The notes beneath the pieces are model-generated. The model ran no database searches, was not told the DNA's origin, and worked only from the letters and a program-made list of their open reading frames with translations. Below, piece after piece: positions 1 through 9,820 of a DNA stretch of 64,000 bases. The stretch's first letter is position 1; every line of letters begins with the position of its first letter. Where the stretch lies: assembly GCA_965205215.1 (NCBI GenBank), contig OZ242041.1:640001-704000 (forward strand), given 5' to 3'. The stretch comes from Nitrosopumilus sp. GTDB lineage: Archaea > Thermoproteota > Nitrososphaeria > Nitrososphaerales > Nitrosopumilaceae. The position numbers were made by a program, and so were the translations under genes.

Positions 1-296
1 CACATGTGCTCGTCGCAATATTCACACCATGCCTTTGCCTCGCGAAAGTACACCGACACTATCCTGCCCGCGCGCCCAAGCTTGTTGTCCAGTATCTTTA
101 CGTGGTCCTCGTACATGTTGATGTGCTCAAACCGCCTGCGCTCGAACTTTTCGAGCGCTTCGCGCAGCGCCAGATCCACGAACTGCGCCGCGTTGGTTAT
201 CCCGGCCTTTTTTGCCTCGTCGGTTCGCCGTACCCTCTCGACCTCGTCCAGGAGGCTCTTCTTGACGTTGACCGTCTTCCAGTCTTCCTTTCCCAT
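1..296 (-). CDS. Ribbon-helix-helix regulator with C-terminal Zn-binding motif (partial, runs off window)
   Basis: Not in the ORF track. Manual translation gives MGKEDWKTVNVKKSLLDEVERV...ITNAAQFVDLALREALEKF...WCEYCDEHM (RHH strand-helix-helix pattern plus CxxC); AT-rich promoter upstream. Confidence 0.7.
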   Translation of the reverse strand, partial: MGKEDWKTVNVKKSLLDEVERVRRTDEAKKAGITNAAQFVDLALREALEKFERRRFEHINMYEDHVKILDNKLGRAGRIVSVYFREAKAWCEYCDEHM

Positions 297-640
297 ATGA
301 TATTATTGTTATATGTAGTTATTATGCCTTGTGTTATGATCTAATACGCCCGGCGCACTACTAGGCATGGCCCGGAGCGAGCATCCGGTGTCACGCCGCG
401 CCGGACGACCCCTGCCGACCATTTCTTACAACATATTTGTCATAAAGAATAAATACAAAATTGCCATTGTTACTACGTGAATGGATTGGGGGTGGCTCAG
501 GCCGAGGCGGCGGTTCCTGAGAGGACAGATCGATGTCTGGGCAGCGGGGGGAAAGCCGCGAGGGGGGCCATGTGGAACGGCTGCCGCGGGGCGTCGTTTT
601 TTTACACAGCAACGCACAGCAGGGGGGCGCGCCCGGCATA

Positions 641-811
641 ATGGCCTGCCACGGAACGTGCGTCCGGCACCAGGCAGGCAAGCCGGGCAGGCAGAGCAGG
701 TACGAGGCGGGCCAGGTGCGCTGCCAGCAGTGCAACATCTGGATGGTCAGGGAGGAGCCCGGGTGCCCGTGCTGCGGCCTGAAGCTGCGGCGCAATGCCA
801 GGCGCCACTAG
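641..811 (+). CDS. Small Cys-rich Zn-finger protein of thaumarchaeal type
   Basis: MACHGTCVRH...RYEAGQVRCQQCNIW...CPCCGLKLR resembles the short Zn-finger family common in Nitrososphaerota; start moved to ATG 641. Confidence 0.75.
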   Translation: MACHGTCVRHQAGKPGRQSRYEAGQVRCQQCNIWMVREEPGCPCCGLKLRRNARRH

Positions 812-1028
812 GATAGGCCGCAGTGGCGCGTATCATGCTCAAAAGCGATTGCAGGCGGGGATGGTGATGACAAGTGGTGCGGGGGGGAGGACGGCGCGTG
901 CGCGCATACGCGGGCCGCGCAGGCGCGCCGGCAACGGTGGCAGCAGAAACGGGGCCGGGACGGCCATGCATATCTTTGTCGGGAAGCGGGGCCGGGGGCG
1001 CACCGGCGTGGCGCGTGCCAGAAGAACT

Positions 1029-4000
1029 ATGCATAACGTATGGCGCGCGTCGTGCGAGCCGTGCCATGCCGCCATTGTAATGACCGCAATAGTCGCGGCA
1101 TCGTGCGCCGCGGCAGACACCGCGGTCTGGGCGAACCACTCGCCGACCAGCTGCATACTGCACGTGCGCGGCGAGTCCCACCCCGTCACGTACCTAGGCG
1201 AGCCGCGGCAAAACTCCGACGGCACCTACTACCCGGGGGACGCGTTCTACTACATATTCAGGTGGGAGGATAGATCCGACGAACCAGACGACTGTACAGT
1301 CCATGCGCCGCTCCTTGAGAGCGGCAGACTGCTGCTTGGCCACCATACCGTACGGGTGGACGGCGAGGGCCGCATGTTTCGCAGCGCGCCATTGACGCAC
1401 ACCGACCTCGATCCGGCAGTAGGGTTCCTGAGCGAGACCGACTTTTACGCCGGCAAAATGCAGACGGAGTGCCAGGTGTCGTTTGCAAAGCCCGGCGAGT
1501 CCTGGCGCACGCGGTGGGAGCAGTGGGCCGTATACGACAAGGTGTTCCTCACAAAGGACGGCACAGACAGGCTGACGGAATTTGAAAAGACGCTCAAGTC
1601 CAAGGCGTACCGCGGGGATCCCGCCTGGGAGTGGTGGGAGCAGAAGGGCAAGATGAGGAGCGGCCACCCTGAACTGCCAGAGTGCCAGTTCGAACTGCGG
1701 CCCGGCGGTGCGGGGGAGCAGAACCCGGGACTGCCCGCACACATGAGGTACTACGGCGGGGGCATATTCTACGCCACGTCGTATTCCTGGGGGATCATGG
1801 CAGGCGGGGGCAGCGCGTCTCACGCGCACCTGGCCGCGACTCCCGCAGACCCGGATAGCGCGGCGTGGTTTGAAGAGCGCGTGCAGGAGCTGTGCGGTAG
1901 GCCCGCCCTGCCCGCCCGCTCGGGCTGCGTGTACGGGACGGCCGAGATACGGCCCGACAGGGGGGTGTGCGTGTCCGATGCGGTCGGCTCGTACGCGCGA
2001 TTGCTGGACGCGTGGCATACGGGGCTACCGCCGTACGACATAACCGGAGCAGGCGGCAAGCCTATTGAGCCGCCCCCGGGGCCGCCGCCCGGGTACCCCG
2101 CACCGTCGTGGGGGCACCTGCTGGCCAACCGGACGTACCCGTTTGACGTGCGGACGCCGCCGCCCGGCATTGCGCCCGAGATGTATGAAGTGGCGCCGGC
2201 AGGCGACGTGTGCGCCACCGCGTCGTCAGACGGTTCAAAGCTCGAGCTGACCATATCGGGCACATATCTGACGCCGCACCACCGCGCAAACGACATACCG
2301 GTAAAGGGGGTCAAGGAGGTGGCAAGGGACGCGGGGCCGCCGCTGCAGGACGGCGAGCTGCGCATCATACTGACAAAGCCGCCGCTGCACCACATGGAGG
2401 GGTATGACGCCAAGAATATCGACGGCACCTACTATCACGACGATCCGATATACGTGCGCCACGAGCCGTCGTGGAAGTGGAAGGACGAGCGCATCGCGCA
2501 CATCAGCTTTTCGACGCACCGCCTGCCGCCCTCCACGCTCCCGGCAATAGACGAATTTGACTGCCCCCTTCTTCCTCCTCCTCCGTCAGATGACGGGAAC
2601 AGCAGCAACACTGTCGCGCCCGCTCCTCACACGACGGCGCCTCCGTGTGAGTACGCGGTCGGGGTGGACTCGCCGCCGTGGCTGGCCGAAAAGATACGGT
2701 TCGGCAACGGCGACGGGCTGACGGTCCGGACCGCCGACGCGTCGCACGGTTTCGGCACGCACACATTCTCATACAACATGACCGCCCACAACTTAGGCAG
2801 GCAGGTCGCAGACGCGACGAATTCTACGGAGGCCGAGGTCGTGCCGTACGAGCCGTCCTACGAGACGATGTACTCGTATCCCGTGCTCGCAGACGCCCGC
2901 GAGTACGCCTTTGACGACCGGCACGGGATCGCCATGAGGTACGGCGGGAGCTGGCAGGACGGCGTACTGCATACAATGCGCCGCTCGTTCATCAACGGAT
3001 GGGACGGGGCTGGCGGGGGGCACGACCCGTACACGTACAACCGCTTTGGGCAGGAACACGTGCTAGACACCGGCCGCAACGCCTCGCCCGACCACACCGC
3101 TCTGGAGCACGCACGGGACACGCAGACTGCCATGTTCGTGCAAAGCGGGCACGGCGCAGTCCTGTTTGAGTGGCCCGTGTCCGGATGGGTGTTCTCCGCG
3201 TACAACCAGACGACAGCGGGGGCGCCGGCCGCCGCCACGTATGCGAAGGCGGCAGTCTACGAGAACGTCACGGCGCACCTGCAGGTCTACAGCCGTGACT
3301 TTGCGGGCAAGGACACCCTGCTGTACGAGACTGCTATGCGCTATCCGGAGATGCCGTTTGCAAAGCACGTGGCTATACAGTCAGTCGACCACGCCGGAGC
3401 CATACAGGCCGCGGATGACATCACGTTGCGTGTGACGCCATATGCGGAACTGGGAGCCGAATATCTGACGGACTACATACGAGACAAGGTAACGTGGGAT
3501 ACGGGCGACACGGTCATATCCCAGATCGTCGTAAACGACACTCATCCCATGGTACAGGAGTGGCACGCGTCCGACGGCATGATCAGTGCAACGGTGCTGC
3601 GCACATCAGTCCACTTTGGTGACATTGCCATCCAGAACAGCACAGGCCTGCCGTTCAGCGGCAAGCTGGCGGACCTCCACGAGCTGGCAGAGCATCCGGA
3701 GACTCTACGCCTCACCGCCCCGTACGACCTAGGGCTAAGCGTGCTGGCCCCAACGTCCCTGTACGTCGCGATAAACGGCTTCGGAGAGTATGCCATACAC
3801 CACAAGTACTACTCGTTTGGAGGGAGTGAGACAGTCAGCATCAACGTCCAAAAGGACAACCCGGCAGACATCTCAAGGGAGCCGGGCCGCATCATCATAA
3901 GGCAGCCTGAAAACTTCGGCATGATCAAGCATGTCGAGATAAATGGCACGCGTCTGCTGCAACCGTGTCCCACTGGCTGCATCGTCACGTCCCAGCCAGA

Positions 4001-4187
4001 TGTCGCCTTGGATATAATACTGTACAACGAGTGGGGCGGGGAGGCCCATGGCACCGTCAACGCATCAAGTATGTTTGATACGTTGCGTCCGGACGAACCG
4101 CGGTGGGTGATTATCGGGATTGTCACGTCACTGCTCGTGATTTCATATATGACATATAGAAAGATCACGACTATAGAAAGTCAATGA
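1029..4187 (+). CDS. Large secreted, C-terminally anchored protein (ICE surface/pilus-associated)
   Basis: Hydrophobic signal (AAIVMTAIVAASCAAA), internal NxDGTYY repeat x2, C-terminal TM plus RK. Start uncertain (ORF open from 795). Confidence 0.7.
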   Translation: MHNVWRASCEPCHAAIVMTAIVAASCAAADTAVWANHSPTSCILHVRGESHPVTYLGEPRQNSDGTYYPGDAFYYIFRWEDRSDEPDDCTVHAPLLESGRLLLGHHTVRVDGEGRMFRSAPLTHTDLDPAVGFLSETDFYAGKMQTECQVSFAKPGESWRTRWEQWAVYDKVFLTKDGTDRLTEFEKTLKSKAYRGDPAWEWWEQKGKMRSGHPELPECQFELRPGGAGEQNPGLPAHMRYYGGGIFYATSYSWGIMAGGGSASHAHLAATPADPDSAAWFEERVQELCGRPALPARSGCVYGTAEIRPDRGVCVSDAVGSYARLLDAWHTGLPPYDITGAGGKPIEPPPGPPPGYPAPSWGHLLANRTYPFDVRTPPPGIAPEMYEVAPAGDVCATASSDGSKLELTISGTYLTPHHRANDIPVKGVKEVARDAGPPLQDGELRIILTKPPLHHMEGYDAKNIDGTYYHDDPIYVRHEPSWKWKDERIAHISFSTHRLPPSTLPAIDEFDCPLLPPPPSDDGNSSNTVAPAPHTTAPPCEYAVGVDSPPWLAEKIRFGNGDGLTVRTADASHGFGTHTFSYNMTAHNLGRQVADATNSTEAEVVPYEPSYETMYSYPVLADAREYAFDDRHGIAMRYGGSWQDGVLHTMRRSFINGWDGAGGGHDPYTYNRFGQEHVLDTGRNASPDHTALEHARDTQTAMFVQSGHGAVLFEWPVSGWVFSAYNQTTAGAPAAATYAKAAVYENVTAHLQVYSRDFAGKDTLLYETAMRYPEMPFAKHVAIQSVDHAGAIQAADDITLRVTPYAELGAEYLTDYIRDKVTWDTGDTVISQIVVNDTHPMVQEWHASDGMISATVLRTSVHFGDIAIQNSTGLPFSGKLADLHELAEHPETLRLTAPYDLGLSVLAPTSLYVAINGFGEYAIHHKYYSFGGSETVSINVQKDNPADISREPGRIIIRQPENFGMIKHVEINGTRLLQPCPTGCIVTSQPDVALDIILYNEWGGEAHGTVNASSMFDTLRPDEPRWVIIGIVTSLLVISYMTYRKITTIESQ

Positions 4188-4193
4188 CATGGA

Positions 4194-4432
4194 GTAGCTG
4201 TCCAACCTCGTCCAATAACCTGTGCCTAGACTTGCTTTAGGTGTGTGTAAGAAGATGACGCCCGTGCCCAGTATTTGAGAGGCGTTGAACAGTTACGCTT
4301 CGGCCGCGGAACCCAAACCAGGCCCATTTCTCTTCAGTCATGCCGGGCCTTGGACACAACTTGGCCCGTCCTACAAGTCTGTGTCCACGTCAGGTTCCGC
4401 AAGCGAGCAGGGGTGTGAGGTTGGACAGTTAC
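4194..4432. mobile_element. MITE, IS66-like ends
   Basis: AGTAGCTGTCCAACCTC (4193-4209) vs GAGGTTGGACAGTTACT (4417-4433), 16/17 inverted match; further internal inverted repeats GCGGAACC/GGTTCCGC and TGGACACA/TGTGTCCA. Confidence 0.7.
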
Positions 4433-4459
4433 TTACCATTGACCGCGTTTGGAAGCACA

Positions 4460-5869
4460 CTAGGTGAAAATCTTTTGTCTCGTGTCCGAGTCGACATCTG
4501 CATAAGGCTTCACAGATGGATTTCTTATGTATCTGCCTTTTGTATAGTCGGAATGATACAACAAGGCGCCGGATATTTCGGGATGCGGCCCTAACTCTTC
4601 TTCCACTATCGGCTTAATCTGATTAAAGTCATAATTGCTATCCTCAAACGAACTGCTCCACAACACTGCCTTAATTACAAAAATTATTGGTGAGCCCTGC
4701 ACGTACTGCTTTTTCTCAATCTTGGATTTCAGCTTGCGCCTGATCTGGTTGAAAAACGACTCTTGCTGCAGATCTCCCGTTGTTATGGATGAAGGTTCAG
4801 GCAAGGAAGATAGTTCTCGGTTCGGGGCTGACATGGCATCTTCATGGATTACAACGCACGAGGGCGCGTCTACTGCATTCTTGCAGCTTATTGTGGTGAA
4901 TGGCGCGGAGGCAACGTCCTTGATGGTGATTTTTTTGGCCCATTCTCTGACAGCGTCTTCTTCTTCGAGCATTTTCTTTACGCGTGGGGGATGATAAGGA
5001 TATTCGTACAGCGTGTTGGAAAGATATGATTCTGTGCCCGGAGATCTATAAAGCATCAGCGGAATTGAAACGTTGAATTTTGAGAGCGCGTACAGGGAAA
5101 ATTTATCGATCCACCGAGTGATTTTTTCTAAAGACTCTGCCTCGTCGATCTTACCATCATGACACACTAGCTTTGTAGTGTCCAGATACAAGTTCAATCT
5201 AAAACTATCTTCACTTTTGACGCGTTCAAAAATATGTTTACAAAGTTTGTCGCATATGGATTGTATTTTGTTACTGGTAACTGACTCTGTAACAGAGCTT
5301 AGTTCGAGAAATATATCCCTGTCGTCCATTTTTACCCGAATGTCTGGATTTGTGTTGTTGGGCAAGTTGTATTCATAATCGACGTTTGAAATTCCTATCT
5401 TTTGACCTATTCTGTACGCGGTTGTAATCTCGAAAAAAGCGGATTCGCTGTCATAATAATCGCGTGACGATAAGCGCGTTTTGAATGATTGACGTGCATC
5501 TCTTTTCCGTTGTGAAATATCGAATGCTTCTAGGCTTTTTTCTAACAGAACTAACGGCTGAGGATCAAAGTACAAGTGGGTGTATTCTATATAGTTGGGC
5601 TCTGCTTCGCCATTTGTCTCAACACCTAGTAGCGAATTTAGATCAACGGGCGTTATCTCATCCTTACATTTTAAAAAAATTATGTTTTTGGCTTCTCTGT
5701 AGCTTAAGCCATCATAACCTGCAAAATTATCAACCAGTTTGTTTATCAAAGGAAAACGAGATATGCGCTCTTTCGCTCGCGTGACTTGCCATTCGTGGAA
5801 CTTTTGATAGCTGGGATCGCATTTTGGATATCTTCCCAGAGCATTCATGTAGGTGCACAGAATCGGCAC
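4460..5869 (-). CDS. Low-GC hypothetical protein, possible PD-(D/E)xK nuclease fold
   Basis: 469-aa ORF with AT-rich codons; motif ...FFEITTAYRI...NPDIRVKMDDRDIFLELSS resembles a restriction-endonuclease-like core. Confidence 0.65.
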   Translation of the reverse strand: MPILCTYMNALGRYPKCDPSYQKFHEWQVTRAKERISRFPLINKLVDNFAGYDGLSYREAKNIIFLKCKDEITPVDLNSLLGVETNGEAEPNYIEYTHLYFDPQPLVLLEKSLEAFDISQRKRDARQSFKTRLSSRDYYDSESAFFEITTAYRIGQKIGISNVDYEYNLPNNTNPDIRVKMDDRDIFLELSSVTESVTSNKIQSICDKLCKHIFERVKSEDSFRLNLYLDTTKLVCHDGKIDEAESLEKITRWIDKFSLYALSKFNVSIPLMLYRSPGTESYLSNTLYEYPYHPPRVKKMLEEEDAVREWAKKITIKDVASAPFTTISCKNAVDAPSCVVIHEDAMSAPNRELSSLPEPSSITTGDLQQESFFNQIRRKLKSKIEKKQYVQGSPIIFVIKAVLWSSSFEDSNYDFNQIKPIVEEELGPHPEISGALLYHSDYTKGRYIRNPSVKPYADVDSDTRQKIFT

Positions 5870-5896
5870 GGTATATGTTTAACTTGTATGTGTTCC

Positions 5897-5977
5897 GTGA
5901 CTATTCAACCTACGCGCCTGCACCAAGAGGTGGGCGGATGGATTCGAGTCTAAATTTTGAAGGGGTCGAACAGTTAC
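5897..5977. mobile_element. Short MITE relic, IS66-like ends
   Basis: GTGACTATTCAACC ... GGTCGAACAGTTAC imperfect inverted repeat, 81 bp. Confidence 0.55.
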
Positions 5978-6037
5978 TGACATGGAACGAGCAAACTTTA
6001 TTAAATTAATCCTTTCTAATAAACAAGTACAAAAATC

Positions 6038-6847
6038 ATGAATCTTTGGAAGGAATTTCTCAATAGAAGCAAACGTGATTTGGAGGTGTCAGAAATCTGT
6101 TTTAAAAAGAAAGATTATGAGTTGGCGTCATATCTCTTGCAACAGGCGTTGGAGAAATCTATCAAATCATATATGTTGAAAAATAATGCCATTGGGAATC
6201 CAAAGCAGTTACATCATTTGACACTTGGGGGAATTTTTCATATTATAATAGAGAAACTTAGGGAAGGTAGGCGGAAGCACCAGAACAATATTGGATTAAT
6301 GGGACTATTTGATTGTATGATAAAACTTTGCAAAAAGTATCAAGAAGTTTTCAAGCCACAAGAAATAAACGATACAAAAAAGAAACTTCCGTTTTGGAAA
6401 GTCTCCCTGCAGCTTTCATTAAGTAATGAAGACAAAAAATATCTACAAGAAACATTTATTGTTAACTTCCAACAGGACATAGAAAAATGCAACGATATTT
6501 TTAAAAAAATATCCGAAGATTTTACAAATCTGCCGAAAGGATTCACAAACCGTATCGAAGAATCAAAAATTATGGAAGCTTTGAATGAGTCAAGAGAAGA
6601 TTATGGTGACAAAATTTCACAGATTCCATCATTGAAAATTTTAGAGCCACTTCTTTTGTTCATGGATACTAAACTTGTGAATATAATAATCAAAACATTT
6701 GCCCATGAGGACATAGGCAGGTATCCAACTGAGGTGGATGGGAAGATTTCTACGGAATTATATGCAAAAAATCCAACCTTGATCAAAAATATGATAGAAG
6801 ATGTGAGAACCGTATGTTCAGATTTAGAAAAGAGAATGGAAGAATGA
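6038..6847 (+). CDS. HEPN domain protein
   Basis: SKRDLEVSEICF...YELASYLLQQALEKSIKS...HHL and C-terminal RYP are typical HEPN motifs; very low GC; TATA-like CTTTATTAA upstream. Confidence 0.85.
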   Translation: MNLWKEFLNRSKRDLEVSEICFKKKDYELASYLLQQALEKSIKSYMLKNNAIGNPKQLHHLTLGGIFHIIIEKLREGRRKHQNNIGLMGLFDCMIKLCKKYQEVFKPQEINDTKKKLPFWKVSLQLSLSNEDKKYLQETFIVNFQQDIEKCNDIFKKISEDFTNLPKGFTNRIEESKIMEALNESREDYGDKISQIPSLKILEPLLLFMDTKLVNIIIKTFAHEDIGRYPTEVDGKISTELYAKNPTLIKNMIEDVRTVCSDLEKRMEE

Positions 6848-7036
6848 TTTTAACCCTAATGAGGCGAATCATGGAGCCTGAGACGCGGCATTCATACACT
6901 CCACTGGATTTGTCCAAGGTGACTTCCGTACTGTCACAATCAGCGCACAACCAGCAGCTGGATACTCTCTATTACTTCCTTCTACTGGCCTCCAACGTTG
7001 CATCACATGGGGCGATTATGAGTATATTCTTTTTGG

Positions 7037-7272
7037 GGAACTGTCAAGAACTGGAGACCTGTCACCTGCTGTCAAACGGTGCCCTATCGCCTTACTGTGT
7101 ACTTTCTTCCACGTTATTGTGTCCGATATGAGATTGTCCAAAGACTTGACTTTGAAGCCCGCAGGCATTGTTATAGAGGACACGAACAAGTGGTTTGCCA
7201 TGATACAGGCAACGGCTGAGGCAGGTCACCATTTTGACAGCGTGTAGCAGGTCTCCAGTTCTTGACAGTCTC
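7037..7272. mobile_element. MITE with long imperfect TIRs, IS256-like ends
   Basis: GGAACTGTCAAGAACTGGAGACCTG...GCTGTCAAACGGTG vs reverse complement of the right end GAGACTGTCAAGAACTGGAGACCTG...GCTGTCAAAATGGTG; related end at 14179-14231. Confidence 0.7.
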
Positions 7273-7366
7273 GATATTTGATTTGTACACGTTCGCATAA
7301 GAGTTCTGTCATACACACAGTCGTTTCAAGGCAGGCCAATGAACCCATTTTGCTTAAATATGGATC

Positions 7367-8995
7367 GTGGGAAGCGTCTTGTTGACAAATGGGGACAACT
7401 ACGCCATCTGTAGGTTCGACGACCAAGCGTCTGACCTAGACGTGGTCCAAAAATATCGGGTCGGACAGGCAGGGACAAAAGCTAGCGTCTTTATCACCAG
7501 TGACGGCCGCTACATCATAAGGGAGCCGCCCCTCACCATGCGTGCCGAGGCCGCGTACAGGCGGCTCATGCAGAATATACATCACTCCTTCACGTACCAG
7601 AACATATCCCACAATGATGTCATCCCGTTGCTAAAGCGCACGCTCGAAGAGGAGTCAAAGGCGACAAACGACTTTGAGGTGTGGAGGCGCGAAAAGGAGG
7701 CAGTCGAGTACTACCTGGTCCGCGATATAGCCGGATACGCCGAGCTCGACGTCCTGATAAGGGATCCGCACATAGAGGACATACTGTGCCTCCACTGGAA
7801 CAGGCCCGTGGCAGTCGTGCACCGCGAGCACCCCCACCACACCCTGCTGAGCACGAACGTGACATTCCAGACCGAATCGGCGCTGGAGCGGCTCATACAG
7901 AGGATATCCCAGAGGTACGGCGAGCCGCCCAGCGAGACCCGCCCCATGACCTCGTTTTCTGACGAGCGCGGCATACGTTACACGTTCACCGGAAACAGGA
8001 AGATCACGCCAGACAGCCCGACCGTATCCATCAGGAAGCCGTCAGTATCGGCCGTTACCATATGCCACCTGCTGCAGAGCGGCCTGCTCTCGGTACTGGC
8101 GGCCTCATACCTCTGGTGTATAATGGACCTCAAGGGGTTCGGCCTGGTGATCGGGGCGCCGTCCGCCGGAAAGACCACCATGATAAACGCCATATTCACC
8201 ATGTCAAACCCCAACTGGCACTATTTCACCATAGAGGACGTGCTGGAGCTGAAGGTGCCGCACCAGTATGTGAGCAGGCACCAGACCACCACGAACTCGT
8301 CGCTGCACGGGGAGCAGGGCGCGTCTGCAACGACATCCGGCGGCAGCGGCGGCGCGGGAGGCGCGGCAGGCTTTGGCGTCTTTGACCTGTGCAGGCTGTC
8401 GATGAGGTTCCGCCCCGACTTTGTGGTGGTGGGCGAAATCCTCGGCCGGGAGGCCGACGGCCTGTTCCAGGCAGCTGCGTCCGGCTCCGGGTGCATGTGC
8501 TCGTTCCACGCCAGCAGCGCGGAGCACGCCCTGACAAGGCTGGAGGCGCCCCCCATCTCGCTTTCCAAATCCCAGACAAACCTGCTCACGTACGTCCTGC
8601 ACATGTCATGGGTGCTGCACGACAACAAGAGGCAGCGCAAGCTCATATCGATTACGGAGGTCTCCACGGGGCAGGACGGCGGCCCCGCGACGGGCGCGTC
8701 GTGCGCGGCCGGCACGGGTACAACAACCAACAACAGCAACCCCGACTCCCGGAAGGCGCTGAACACCCTGTTCTGGTACGACCCCGAGCAGAACCGCGTC
8801 ATGCCAGACAGCCTGGACGAGATCATAGAAAGGAGCGCCGTCCTGCCGCGCATGAAGGTCATGCTGGGCGTCGACGACATCAGATGTGACATGGAGCGCC
8901 GCATGGGCATCCTAGAGCGCATACGCGACGACAACATTACCGAGGTGTCCCGGATACACGACGCGATAAACGGCTTTTACCATTCCGACCCCTGA
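7367..8995 (+). CDS. Type II/IV secretion system ATPase (archaeal PilB/FlaI/TadA, VirB11-like)
   Basis: Walker A GAPSAGKTT, Asp box TIEDVLEL, Walker B RFRPDFVVVGEILG, His box SFHASS, N-terminal LIRDPHIEDILC and VSIRKP. Confidence 0.92.
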   Translation: MGSVLLTNGDNYAICRFDDQASDLDVVQKYRVGQAGTKASVFITSDGRYIIREPPLTMRAEAAYRRLMQNIHHSFTYQNISHNDVIPLLKRTLEEESKATNDFEVWRREKEAVEYYLVRDIAGYAELDVLIRDPHIEDILCLHWNRPVAVVHREHPHHTLLSTNVTFQTESALERLIQRISQRYGEPPSETRPMTSFSDERGIRYTFTGNRKITPDSPTVSIRKPSVSAVTICHLLQSGLLSVLAASYLWCIMDLKGFGLVIGAPSAGKTTMINAIFTMSNPNWHYFTIEDVLELKVPHQYVSRHQTTTNSSLHGEQGASATTSGGSGGAGGAAGFGVFDLCRLSMRFRPDFVVVGEILGREADGLFQAAASGSGCMCSFHASSAEHALTRLEAPPISLSKSQTNLLTYVLHMSWVLHDNKRQRKLISITEVSTGQDGGPATGASCAAGTGTTTNNSNPDSRKALNTLFWYDPEQNRVMPDSLDEIIERSAVLPRMKVMLGVDDIRCDMERRMGILERIRDDNITEVSRIHDAINGFYHSDP

Positions 8996-9229
8996 TACCG
9001 AAGGACATGCATATTACCGGCCGGGCCGTACACAGCAGAGATCACATCCCCGTGTGATCGCAGGAGGGCAGGACTCCGCATCGGCGCGGATCTGCCTTCC
9101 CGTCCTCAGTATCGTCGTTCGCGCTCTGGCACATGTCAGGATACCGGGCGGGGGATGTGCGCAAGTTTGCAGTAGTGATGAATCCACCGTATTCCATAAT
9201 AATACTACTTTTATGCTCAGCATCCACCC

Positions 9230-9820
9230 ATGTACGATATCCATGTCGCGCGCATACATAACATGCAACTGCCGCCATTCAGGAGGGACGCCGCGGTGAC
9301 GCGGGACTCCAAGAAAGGCCCGGATGACGCCGGCGGGCCGTCCAGGGCATACGTCGACACGCACTATTTTCTTTCGGTGATATTTGAGGAGGATGTCGCG
9401 TGCGATGCCAGGCGCCTGTTCTACGCGCTGCGGAACCGTAGCTACCGCGTGCTCGTACCCCAGCTGGTTCTGGGAGAGATTAGCGCGAAAATCCTGGAGA
9501 AGACCGGCGCGGACATACTGCCTGATCGCCTTCAAAAGTACGCCTCCCTGTTCTCCGATTACGGCATCGACCACTCGTGCCTTCCCGGAGTCGGCAGGCA
9601 CGTGCCGCAATGCATGTCGGAACTGCAGGAGATCGACGGCCAGATAGACCCGAACGACGCGCTGATCGTGTCCCAGGTCCTGGCAGATCCCGACTCCAAG
9701 TTCTTCTTCACCAACGACGCAAAAATGCTGGACAACCAAAGGATCCGGGAGTACGAGTCCAAACTGCGCGGGACAAACCGAAGAAACACCCGGCTAAAGA
9801 TCATAGACTGGCTAGACTAG
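9230..9820 (+). CDS. PIN domain ribonuclease (VapC-like toxin)
   Basis: YVDTHYF...VLGEI...DPNDALIVSQVL...FFTND acidic PIN tetrad. True start may be 9263-9297. Confidence 0.85.
   Translation: MYDIHVARIHNMQLPPFRRDAAVTRDSKKGPDDAGGPSRAYVDTHYFLSVIFEEDVACDARRLFYALRNRSYRVLVPQLVLGEISAKILEKTGADILPDRLQKYASLFSDYGIDHSCLPGVGRHVPQCMSELQEIDGQIDPNDALIVSQVLADPDSKFFFTNDAKMLDNQRIREYESKLRGTNRRNTRLKIIDWLD

Larger units (their letters stand above)
4194..5977. mobile_element. Non-autonomous composite mini-transposon with IS66-like GTA...TAC ends carrying one passenger gene
   Basis: Ends GTAGCTGTCCAACC and GGTCGAACAGTTAC; 9-bp direct repeat TGACATGGA at 4185-4193 and 5978-5986. Confidence 0.75.
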
